A stretch of 60,992 nt of DNA, counting the filler, from Platydemus manokwari (taxonomy: Eukaryota): assembly GCA_037951405.1 (NCBI GenBank). It is 6 parts of 6 records of this genome, joined end to end, with 100 filler letters (N's around TTAATTAATTAA, not from the genome) between each part and the next. Parts side by side here need not be neighbours in the genome. Positions count along the whole stretch, not along the records: positions 22,683 to 33,398 come from JBBMOY011110553.1; positions 33,499 to 42,694 come from JBBMOY011284984.1; 4 more parts are not named here. One strand, written 5' to 3'. Position 1 is the first letter of the stretch, and each line of letters opens with the position of its first letter. The notes beneath the pieces were generated by a model. The model worked only from the letters and a program-made list of their open reading frames with translations. It did not search any database and was not told where the DNA came from. Below are positions 25,801 through 37,335 of the stretch, in pieces. The position numbers and the translations under genes are program-made.

Positions 25801-28800
25801 AATTATCTTTATTTTCTGGAAACGTTCCTGATTTGAAATAATTGTTTTAATTAGTAAGACAGGCATTGGATTTTCAAAATATAGTGAAGGCTCAATTTTG
25901 GTATCCTTTAATCAATAATATATGGAAATTTCAAATTGCCTTAAATAACTGATGATAAGCGTTTCGATAATCAAGCCAAGGATTTTTAAAAATTAAAAAT
26001 GTGTGCGTAAAAGTGATGATGGTCTGTTGTTGAATGGTCTATTGAATCGATATTCCCATATTGAATCGACACTCCCATATTGAATCGACACTCCCATATT
26101 GATCAGGTCTTTGATGTATTCCAATTGATAATCAAATTTTCGATAACTTACTTCTTCAAGTTGACAATCTAATATAATATCATTTTCCTTTCTTATCACT
26201 GACAATGAGACGACAATCCATTCTAATCGATGCAACTCAGCATGCCAATAAAATTATAATTTATTTTTCGACTGACGCAAAATCTCCAAAATTTTCTAAA
26301 ACCAAGTGCTAGAATAATAATTGCTTCTCCTGTAACAAGACTGGCTTCATTGGTATCATTCGGTTCTCCACGTTTTTAATTATCTGGCATATTTTTTGAA
26401 ATATCTGATAACTCATCTAGACAACTGGCTTAGTTTTTATTCGAAAATCCTTGAAATCAGATTTTTTTTATCAAATCACTCCCAGATCACATTGCTATAG
26501 ACATTCCTATATCTTTGAATATTATCATTAATAAATCTCTATTAAATCTATATTTGAGATGTTCAAGAGATAAAAATTGACAAATCGGCACTTGTTATTA
26601 GAGAATAATTGAGAGAATAATTGATATCAAGACTCAAGATGCTGATCCGTTTAAAGTTTTGATTTCAAAACCTGAACTGAATATCAAATGCTTATATTTT
26701 TCCAGGCATTTTTCTTATTCCATCGCTAAATCAGATCAGCACCGAATTGTAGATTTAAAAATCCATAAATATTGTTTAAAAAAAACACAATTGCGAACAG
26801 AAAGGCAATCCATGAACATTTTCAAATAAATTAAGTCGACCTGTTCGACACAAAAAACAATTTGACGATCAAAAATCCCACTGAAATTGTTTGTAGGTTT
26901 CATTGATAAATATTATCCCTTGCTGGAGGCTGAGGAGATGAATAATTGAATCATTGTGTTCGGTGTATTCATTTTTAATTATGTATCCCGTTTGTCTGTT
27001 CAGTGGGAATCTGTCGGTGTTAAAAGGGATTCTTCAATGGAAAATGAAATCTCCTATTTATTGGCTGTTTTGACTATTTGTCAGACCGCGACCCTTCTTT
27101 ATTAGTAATTCAAATTGATCAATTTTTCTAACAATAATATTTTAATGACCTGATTTTGTCTGCAATATGATTTATTTTCTCAGTAGTCAAGGCAATATAA
27201 CTGTTCCTATGTTGTACAAGCATTTAAAAAAGGTGAAATTTATCACTGGAGATCTTCTTATTAATGCTCCCAACATTGTGCTTCGAAATTTAACATTCCT
27301 AGAAAATCTGAAAGAAATTCGTCATCGTAACGTCTTTATTACTATTGATTGCAATCGAGATAATCATCACTCATTCAGACCTCACATTTTCAACATCGGC
27401 TGCTTTGAATATCATCCGCACTGACTTGGAATTCCTGGGATTGCGACGATTGGAACATGTTTACGGCAATTTTGAAGAACACAATAACACTAATTTGTGT
27501 TATGCAGATACACTTCCATGGTCAGAACATATACTGAAAAGTCATTCTTTTAAACCGGTTTTCAAGAAATGCAGTAAATAATATGAAAATATTTTGCGTG
27601 ATAATAATCATTCAATGAATATATTGAAATTAGACAAAACATGTGATCCAAAATGTAGTTCATTTGGATGTTGGGGTCCTGGTTCAACGATGTGCTATCA
27701 ATGCAAAGATTTCAGGGCTGGTTCAAATTGTGTGGATAAATGTGACGATGAGCCGGGATTCTATATGGATAAAACAATTAAGGAAGAATCTCTCCTGACA
27801 TATGATAATGGAGTGTGCCTTAAATGCCACTACCTGTGTTTACAGAACTGTTCCGGCCCAAGTGCTATGGATTGCGTCGGGGGTTGTCGCTATTTCATGG
27901 TTATTTTTGAGACAATGAAAATGATAAATTAACTCGGTGGTTCAGGAAGAAAATAAATGTGTCCACCAATGTTCAAATGAATATTACACGGAACAGGGCT
28001 TGTGTATCAAATGCAATGAGAATTGCAACAGAGGAGACTTAAGCCAACCGATTTGTACAGGTAGCAGTTCCTATATTGGGGACGGCGGCTGTTCTTTTTG
28101 TTTAAAATTGATTCGAACAGGTTATTGGCATTTCATTTATCTTTTCCAATAAAATCAATTTACATCAGTTACCAATCGTTATCAGTGCCTTGGTACTACA
28201 GAGTGTCCTGATAGTTTCTTTCCAGTTCAGATAGCTTTTAACATGATTTTACTAAACGGTTCAAGCCGTCTGGTAGATGTATGCATCCCATGTCCTTTTC
28301 CATGCTCAAAATGTCACGGCACATCCAAAAATAATTCCTATTGTGAGCTTTGTTCAGGTTACTGGAGTGATGAAATGTGCGTATCTCAGTGTGATTCAAG
28401 TGAAATAATACACCTCATATATTTACAATCAATAATTATTCTTATTATAGAGAGAATTAGTGCACCTCAGATTCCAACTGTGGGGGGAGCTTGCCCCTAT
28501 TGTCATGATCAATGCCAAATCGGGTGTGACTTTCCAAACAATTCTTCACATTGCAAAGATTGCATAAATAAGCGCCTGATTCAATCAGAAGATATGACAA
28601 AAGTTAGATTTTCTTGTAGATAATAAAATATCGATTTTTAATCAAAGCAACCGTATTAATTCTCACTTGATTCCGGGGAAAATTATGTTTTCAACAAATC
28701 GACCTCTGAGAGATTACTATTCTAGAGAGGTATCTTGCCAACTTGAATTTTATTATTATTATTATTTATTATTATTATTATCATTATTATTATTATTATT

Positions 28801-31800
28801 ATTATTTCTCATAATTAGTGATTCTTCAAAGACACTGTAATCACCTTGATATTAGACTTACGTGCTGCTCCTAACTTTATGAAAATTAAACTAGGATTTG
28901 AAAACAAAGGATATTTATTATCAATCAAAAAAATATTATTAATATTATTAACTATCCGATATATATATAATCTTTCTCCATAATCAAAATAAAATATAAC
29001 GCACCACTGTTGCAGATTACTTGTTCTGAATCAATGGCTGATCTCTTGCAGTGCAGGAAATTTTAATCCAATATTTTCATTCTATTCACCTAAATTTTCT
29101 AATGATTTTTATTTATCCACACGATATCGATTGGTGATGATCAACACTTATTTATTCATTAGTAATGATAATAATAATTATTATTATCTATAATGCTTTA
29201 GTTTTTGTCTAATAATTAGCCAATCCCGGAAAACTTTCTACATCCCAAAGTCCAATATAGCATTGAATCCATTATTCCATAAATTTGCTCTCTCATAAGG
29301 GCGTACGCTTCTCATCTCTTGGTCTTGCGCCTAGATGTTCTCTATACAGATATTTATCGAAAATTTATTTATTTAATAATCCGCTATTATTGCTATTATC
29401 GATTATCATCATTAGTTTATCTGCGTGGACCATTGCCCACTCTCTCATAACTATACATACAAGGATGAGGTATCCAAGAAATTTTATTGTTTATCGAAGT
29501 ATCAACTGAATCTTTTCAATGACAATCAGCGAGCTGCATTCATTAGAAAAATTTTGTTTTTGATTTTGGGACCAATATTGATTTTTCTGCTAATAATGAT
29601 CTTCTCAGTTGCTCGATATTTCTTCAAAATCAACAAGGCTAAATCGATAAACTACTTGAAGTCTCTCTATTCCAACATCTGTGAGCCGGACTCGAGAGTA
29701 TGCTTTCGAAACTTGTTCCAATGGTAGCCATAATGTTACGCACAATTTATAGATCCTCCTAACTAAGAAAGATTTCCCGAATATGAATCGTTTACTATTA
29801 ATACCCACTACAGATCTTATTTTCAACATTCGTGATAAACCTCTCGGTACTGGAGCTTTTGGTGCTGTTTATCAAGGTGTCTGGAAATTCTCATCTGATA
29901 CCAATAGGAAAAGTAACGGCAACAACACATTAGATGTAGCGATTAAAGTGATCCAAGCAAACAGAAATGTATCGATTAATGATATTTTTGAGGAAGCAAA
30001 GGTTATTATTTATAAATGGCGGCATTGGTTAAATTTCTTGTATTTCAGGTGATGGCTTCAGTCAGCCATAAACATTGTCTAAGATTAATTGGAGTCTGTT
30101 TAAAATACGAAATGCCATGTCTGGTTACCACTTTTGTAGAACTTGGAAGTCTAGACAAATATTTGAGAAAACATAAGAACTCACTGTCCAGCTATGATCT
30201 CCTCTCATGGGCTGAACAAATCGCTAATGGGATGGCTTATCTGGAAATGAGGAACATTATTCATCGGTTGGGAGCATACGATATTATCATGCTAAAATAA
30301 ATCCTTATTTCAGAGATTTGGCCACAAGAAATGTTCTTCTAAACAACTTAAATCTTGTGCAGATAACGGATTTTGGTTTGTCTCAGATTCTGCGTGAAAC
30401 AGAAAATAATAATGAAATCGTTATCACTAGTGGACAAGTTCCGATCAGATGGCTTGCTCTAGAAACTCTGATCAGTGGATTATATTCTCATAAAACCGAT
30501 GTATGGGCATTTGGTAACGATTTTTTGACTCATATTAGTATTTAGAAATGGGGCAATGCTTTGTATTTCAGGTGTCACTATGTGGGAGATATTTACCTTT
30601 GGTCAAAGGCCATATGATGATTTGGATGCTAGAGAAATTACACCATTCTTGCAACAAAATAATCGTCTGCCACAACCTGACATATGTTCCGTTGAGCTGT
30701 ACATCCTCATGACTCAGTGTGAGCCTTGTCTTCGAGTAAATCAATAACAATGAAAAGATTATTATTATCATTATTATTATTATTAGTAGTAGTAGTAGTA
30801 GTATACACTAGGTATTTTATAATCCACACAGATGTTATAAGTCACCTTATGAAAACAATTAAATTATAAAGATATTATTTTTAAACTAAATATACACGGG
30901 GAGCAGAATAACAGAAATTTCATTTTTCAAAAACACTGAAAACTATTCATATTATCTCTTCGATATATTAGACATATTTTTGAGCACTTTTTAAATCGTG
31001 GTTAATAATTTGAGTAATCAGCTATGATTTATAAAGAAAATGTCTCAAATATCGTATAAAACATAATATTCGAACACTCTCCCACCGGTTTCACTACTCA
31101 ATGACGCAATTACTGAACTCCAAATTTCAATGGATGAACTTCTGTTACTGAATCAAGCCTTGCGTTTTCTTCTAATAATCGAGTTTTAATGGATTGGTTC
31201 AAAGTGATGAATCAATTGTTTACTTTTAAACACGTCTATAAAACCTCGAACATTGTCAGCTCTCTTCACTAATCATCACTGACTTATTTGCAAACTGTAT
31301 GGCAACCGTTCTATCCACTCTATTATTTATCTCAGCATTATGTAAAGCTGTCTGCTTTAGAGCAATTGGGGGCAATTCCGGATGATCGTTTTAGTTAATC
31401 AGAATATAAAGTGCCAGGGGCAGGTTCTTGTGAAATGGAACAACAGTTGCTCAAATATGTTCAAATGGTTTGTGAGATGCGAGTGAAATGGGATATTTTC
31501 GGATTCAGAACTTCCATAATTCTATAAGATGAGTGATTCGAGATGCTATTCAATACTGGCAAATCGAAATGGATATGAAACTCCTCTTTTATTGTTGGAA
31601 TTGTCAATTGATCAAGCCTGCAAACTTTCAGCAGCAAGCGCTAAATATTCTTGGTAGAATCAAAAGACTTTTTTTGTAATTAAGTTGATTTTCTTCGAAT
31701 GTATTTCATTTTTCGTTTTCTTATTTTCGATTCTTTTATTGCTACTTTATTCCCTTAGGGCGATTTAATTATTCGAAAGTGGTAACTCATAACTAGATAT

Positions 31801-33301
31801 TTACAATTAAACAATGAGTTTTGTACTTACAGAACAGATTATCGAGCATAAATGTGTGTCATCTACCAAATATATCAATGATATACAAAACTGATTCTAC
31901 ATCTCCACGTATTTCAGTAATAAATCAAGTGCTGCATAATTATTTTCCCTTATGAATTTATCAACACATATTCTTCATACGTTTTCAGGACATTATTGGG
32001 AACAAAAAATCATTTGGTGCAACATTTTCTAGCACCACTATTTCAAAATATTTTTAAATTGAAAAGAAGCTGATTAACATAATTATTATCGAATCATCGC
32101 AAGTGTCAAATGGCATGATATTTGAACATCGAACATGATAAATCATTAAACCGCCGATCAATTAAAAATCAATCTTTGTGAATAATGTGTGGGTTTTGAT
32201 AAATGCTTTCATGAGGTGTCAAAATATTTTATCAGTGATTTATATTTGAATTATATTTTCCTCTTGTCCTTCAGGCTGGTACGAAATATCTCATGATCGA
32301 CCTTCATTCGATTTGCTGATGACGACATTATTCGATTACAGTAGGCACTCAACGTATTACTTAAATATTCCTGTGAGATATGTTTTATTCATTGACAATG
32401 ATGGTAAGGTGTTTCTGATTGCAGAATGATCCATGCTTGACATCCTACAAATTCCGAAAACAACGCTTGTCATCTCAATGTAGCTATGAAATGCAGATAT
32501 ATCCAAGGCCTAAAGGGGTCTACAAACAGCAGAGCATGGATGGAACTATTTCCACGATCATTGGCGATTATCAAGATGATATTATCGAATCTTCATTGAG
32601 AAGACAAAGCTCTAATTTTAGCTGGATTTCCAGCAAGTACCGCTGTACAGAAGACATTGGTGGTATTAATTGTGATATTGATTGAATCAATTTATGCCAG
32701 ATTATAGAAAGGAAAAGTAATCTTCTCCGTCAGCAATCAGCTTTGTCAGAAAGCCAAGAAGAGAACGAATCAAGTAAAGAAGCAGGTATTTATTAAAATA
32801 AAATTCGAACAACATATATATATCAATCAACCTTTGAATTGGTCTGATGACCTGATCAATAATTGAGGTACTCAAAGTCAGATCATTATAATGAATATAT
32901 TTTATTTTTATTCATAATTCGTGACCACTTGATATACTTGTTTGTGACCTTAACAAGAGATATTTTTTATAGGCTTATATTGATCTGAAATAGTGAATAA
33001 AGTACAATGAGAGATGTGATGAATATCATCGATTAGATGTTATTTTGATTTCAATAAATATTATAATTATTTATGAAATATTCATCGATTTTATTACTGA
33101 TTGAATATTGATCAATATTATCACTATCATTCATATTGTCGATTGATAATACACATTTATTTATCACATCTCTCATTGGAGTGAGCAATTTATCAATTAT
33201 TATCGATTTTATTACTTTATATTTTATAAAATAATATTTTCCTTAAATTGTTTTTATTTGATTTTTATTAATCAGCGATGATCTCTACACGGCTTTGCTA
33301 G
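22856..33301 (+). CDS. EGFR: EGFR/ErbB-family receptor tyrosine kinase; 5'-partial (signal peptide and L1 domain not visible)
   Basis: Phase-compatible GT-AG exons. Furin-like domain II: 22856-22951, 23007-23143, 23193-23313, 24098-24211. L2 domain (NLTFLENLKEI, LEFLGLRRL, NLCYADTLPW): 25463-25592, 27184-27326, 27379-27573. Extended Cys-rich region (CDPKCSSFGCWGPG): 27634-27899, 27946-28120, 28169-28399, 28451-28602. TM segment ILFLILGPILIFLLIMIFSVA: 29416-29697. Kinase: 29753-30001, 30049-30266, 30314-30513, 30572-30718, 32275-32372. Tail: 32425-32659/32662, 32708-32785, and a probable last exon 33276-33301. The specific paralogue is unknown. Confidence 0.95.
24690..25060 (-). mobile_element. 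Degraded non-LTR retrotransposon reverse-transcriptase fragment in an EGFR intron
   Basis: Frameshifted GHDVEIINITRG...DILSLNITLNQLLNGLE...INGHEVSDIASNGD.PVMIGS...IQYILDRV resembles the I.RGVxQGDPLSPxLFN...LAYADDxVL RT motifs. Confidence 0.6.
26053..26102. repeat. 19-bp tandem repeat (CTCCCATATTGAATCGACA, about 2.5 copies)
   Basis: Read directly from the sequence. Confidence 0.85.
28750..28805. repeat. (ATT)n microsatellite, intronic
   Basis: Read directly from the sequence. Confidence 0.85.
29783..32372 (+). other. Tyrosine kinase domain region of the EGFR-like gene; catalytic residues intact
   Basis: PNMNRLLLI (JM-B-like), [74 protein letters not shown], CW...RPSF. Confidence 0.93.
33005..33178. 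mobile_element. 174-bp MITE-like inverted-repeat element in the probable last EGFR intron
   Basis: Perfect 16-bp terminal inverted repeat CAATGAGAGATGTGAT / ATCACATCTCTCATTG (20/21 when extended). TA on the left flank, GA on the right. Confidence 0.6.
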
Positions 33302-33322
33302 ATATTTATATGCTCCCATATC

Positions 33323-33398
<76 letters not shown>
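33323..33398. repeat. (AAT)n microsatellite at a contig end
   Basis: Read directly from the sequence. Confidence 0.95.
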
Positions 33399-33498
33399 NN
33401 NNNNNNNNNNNNNNNNNNNNNNNNNNNNNNNNNNNNNNNNNNTTAATTAATTAANNNNNNNNNNNNNNNNNNNNNNNNNNNNNNNNNNNNNNNNNNNN
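33399..33498. other. Assembly gap with artificial linker
   Basis: N44-TTAATTAATTAA-N44. Confidence 0.97.
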
Positions 33499-33501
33499 CT
33501 T

Positions 33502-33567
33502 CACACACTCACACTCACACACACACTCACACACACACACTCACACACACACATATATATATATATA
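33502..33567. repeat. (CA)n/(TA)n microsatellite
   Basis: Read directly from the sequence. Confidence 0.9.
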
Positions 33568-34403
33568 GTTTATGAAAGAAAAGTAGATCTATAAGTACAA
33601 GTGTTTTAAGCGAAAGAATAGAAGAAAGATCTTGTCACTTATATTATCATTTTACAACCTCAAGAAATTACTGGTGTTTAAAATGACCTTCATAATAATT
33701 TTTGAATTAATGAATGTTAATTACGTCATCATCATTTTAAGTTGGACCTAGTCCAAACATTCAACTAATTAATTCTTAAATGTCTTCGCAAGCTCTATAT
33801 TGATCAAGAGAGTTAATTACCGTTGCCTGTATTTAAGCTATAATTTTATATATTATTTTGTATTTTTTTATGACTTTAATAATATATATTTTTAAACAAC
33901 ATTTCGTTATTTTAATTTTAGTCAGATATCACTTTATAGTAATAATAATTTTATTTATATTTTTGTCATATTTTACTGTATTATCACATTTACAATTCCT
34001 TAGTAATAATATTATCATAAAATCCACTGAGAGTCCAACAATATTGATTTTTATGTAGTGGATGTAATAAATAAAATGAATAAAGATTTGATAAAAAAGT
34101 TAAAGAATTAACGAATTATCTTTTTTATATTAATGGCTTTTCCAAAGCTTATGATAAGATAAACTGATCATGATGATTTCAATGATGATAAAACGCCGGT
34201 AAATACAGATGAGAAACAAATATGATTTCTTCATAAAAGTATTAGATTTATGGATCCAATAAGATTAAAACAAATAATTTTTATTAAAAAGAAGTGAATT
34301 GTAATAAGAAAAGATTTGAATTTTAATTCGAGTTATATCTACAAATATCTCCGTATAAATTCGTGTTAAGGAAAAGAATTTTAATGAGATGGATCGATTA
34401 TTA

Positions 34404-35796
34404 CTGTAAAATCCCGGATATGAGTTGCAACAGGTATTATCTGCAGAGAGGGTATTATTGATGTGTATTTTTTAATCGATAAGCTGCACCATGAATTAGC
34501 TATTCCTTTTTCATTTTTCTATAATAAACAAATACTTCCGCAAAGTCGCTCTTCAATCAGAACAGATAAAGAAGCAGATCGTCTGTCTGCGAATCTTATC
34601 GAAGACTACTGGAATTGGAATCGAAATTACGCGAATAAGTAGAATAAGAACTTCAAGTATCAGTTAAAAGAATTCGATTACAAGCACATGTCATTGAAAT
34701 TGAAACAGAAACAGAAGTAAAAGTGTATTGTCCAATCATTGCAGGCATACCTGAAATTGTCTAATTACTAGAAAATTTTTACTGTTTTTGTTGTCAATTG
34801 AACGATAGAGCGTTTGTTTAAAAGGTGTTTAAAGATCGAAATATATAAAGGTTAAAATAGAAAATTTTTATTGTTCTAATACAGCGTTTATTGATAAAAA
34901 AATGATAAAAAATAATTTTAAAATATAAACTGCTGCTTTTTTCTGATAAACTAAGAATTTCCTGCAATAATTGACACGATCAACTTTGTTGAGATTAGAA
35001 ATAAATTTTGGATTGACAATCTTATTTGGATTTCATTATTTTCGGTATTTTTTTTTCTTAATAATTGACTAAAAATATATTAAAAAAATCGTAATTTCGA
35101 TTTATTTTCCGCACACATAATTGAAATCGTTTGCGATTTTTTTGACATATCTGCTACCTACGTATATTTGGTCACTGAACTGTTGATTCGAACCATTTTT
35201 AACTCCATTCCCCACTCCTTAAGCCAGAGAATGAAGATCGGAATTTATTGTATTTCAGATTATAATAACTTTTAAAACATCATTTTATTACTTCATAATT
35301 TTTTCTTGATAATGTTTCGCTACCAAATGCTAATTGATTTGATGAAATTTGAGTTTGATTTAGCTTATCTGTGACTGCCGTTGAAAATGAAATTGAAAAC
35401 AAATCCCTGAATGAAGAATCTACTGTTATTAATAACTATACGATGACAAGTGATTTGTTCGACCAAATGTGATTCGTCCATTAATACGATGTACGTATTA
35501 AACGAAAATTATTATTGATGGGCATTCAAACCAGTTGCTGTTTATAAGTAAATGAGAAAAGCCTAAAATTGTTTTTATGAATATATAAATAAATATTTTT
35601 CAATAAACTTTTCAATATTTATGAATCTTTTCTGTATGTTTATTGTGAATATTTTCGGTTGAGTCTACACATATTGTGAAACATAAGTCAGTGTAACGAT
35701 TACAGTCTAAACATTCTGAAAATTTCCATGAATTTCGGTCTGGTATAATTCGAATTTATATTAGACTGGTGTTGATTTGCATCTGAGAAATATTGA
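34404..35796 (+). mobile_element. Highly degraded pogo/Tc2-like transposon
   Basis: The left end TA|CTGTAAAATCCCGGATATGAGTTGCA resembles Tc2-type termini, with a weak inverted counterpart ending at 35796|TA. Internal remnants WIDNLIW and RLRFFDISA resemble pogo W...VW and KLQPLDIS. Confidence 0.4.
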
Positions 35797-36669
35797 TATG
35801 CTCTATTGATAATGAAAGAAATTATAGAAAGCCAATTACCTAATAACGCTGGGAAAATCGTTACTATCTAAAAGCACACAAACGTTCGCGATAACCTATG
35901 AGCATGTCTTACCAGTCATCGGAAATCACTATAAAGATGTTTTTATATTTTCAAGCTTACTAGCATGACAAAAATCTCAATGTGTTAACCATCCAATCAA
36001 AACTTGAGAGCTCATTATATAGGAACTGAAATTGGTAAAATCGAATGAAACTTGAGGTAAACATGTCATCGAGTTTGTAATTGTCGAGTTATTTTGTTAA
36101 ATAACAATATTGATTTATTACAGATTCTTTTTATTTTTATTTGAAAATACCAATTTTTTATTGATGTTTGTTGATAAATAAGTCGTCAATCAATAAATTC
36201 TTATCGAAGTAAGCAAATCAGAATGCTATGGAAGAATTTAATTTAGAAATTTTAACTTTACTGTTTAGGGTATTCAAATATTATATGGAAAAAATTATGG
36301 TTTTACTATTAAAATACAGTAATCAATAATGAAGCGTTTTTATATACATTTTTCCCTCAAATTTTAAGAACTTTAATTTTGTCATTAAAATTGTATCATT
36401 TCGTATTATCAATAAAACACAACTATATTGATGGGGTTGTTGAGTTCCAGTAGTGCAAGTACTTTTATTTTCGCTTTTACAAATATTTCATCGTTGTGTT
36501 TGTTTATTTATTGATTTATTTATCATACCGAATCACGTCTGGTTTTATCCGATCAATTTATTTCTGGTGGTGTTGTCTTGATTTATGGTTTTCAATAAAT
36601 GTTGATCGCCTATTTATAACCCCAATTTTTATGGATTTTTATTTTTCTATATTTTCTTGAAAACGATTA

Positions 36670-37335
36670 TCTCAAATTCGAATCCAAAGCATGGTTACTG
36701 TAAGTTACTAATAATTTGTAAGACACGAATCGAAAACGAACTGAATAGACACCATACAGAATTATTTATTTAAATACAATTATATAAACAAATTAATATA
36801 ATTTTATATAAAATTAAATCATCAAAAACTTAATTCAATTTTAATATCCTCACATCTGTCTTTCTTTAAAATCTTTGATTTGTTTTGTAGTCTCGATTGA
36901 CGCTGTATCGAATACCTTACACATTTATCCACATAAAAAATTACAATTCTTCTATATTTGTTATATCATCTTTATATCGCTTTTCTCTTCACCTTCTCTA
37001 TATATAACTTCTTTTATATCTAATCTGCATCTTCTTAATTCTCTATATAGTCTCAACATCGTCCTCATTCTTTTCCATTAATTTACAGTCATTAATTTTC
37101 TCAGAATCGAATCCTGATGCATGGTAGCCATGTAATCTAATACTAATTTACAAAACACCCATCAAAAACGAAATGGAAAGACACAACACCGAATTATGTA
37201 TTATAATAAAATTATTTAAACCAATTAATATAAATTTATATAAAATCAAATTTTATATAAGTTTTTTAAATGTAAATTTCATATAAAATTAAATCTTTAA
37301 AAAACTTTAATTCAATTTTAACATTCTCTCAGCTG
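36670..37335 (+). repeat. Dispersed repeat family A (~430-500-bp unit, locally tandem)
   Basis: Core aatcgaatcc(tga/aaa)tgcatggt.gcca. Internal direct repeats at 36733-36858 and 37164-37335. Reverse-complement match to 50490-51170. Confidence 0.75.

Noticed and set aside
26053-26102. Short direct repeats considered as a CRISPR-like array
   Set aside because: Contiguous tandem units with no spacers, in a eukaryotic intron; no cas genes.
25900-26900. Coding-like - strand stretch (ENDIILDCQLEEVS...) suggestive of a Mutator-like transposase remnant
   Set aside because: No catalytic motif or termini could be fixed; left unassigned.
31050-31650. GC-richer block in an EGFR intron; similar blocks at 18860-19500, 40860-41150, 44760-45200 and 60480-60860
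   Set aside because: Probably decayed transposons, but multiple stops and no recognisable motif.
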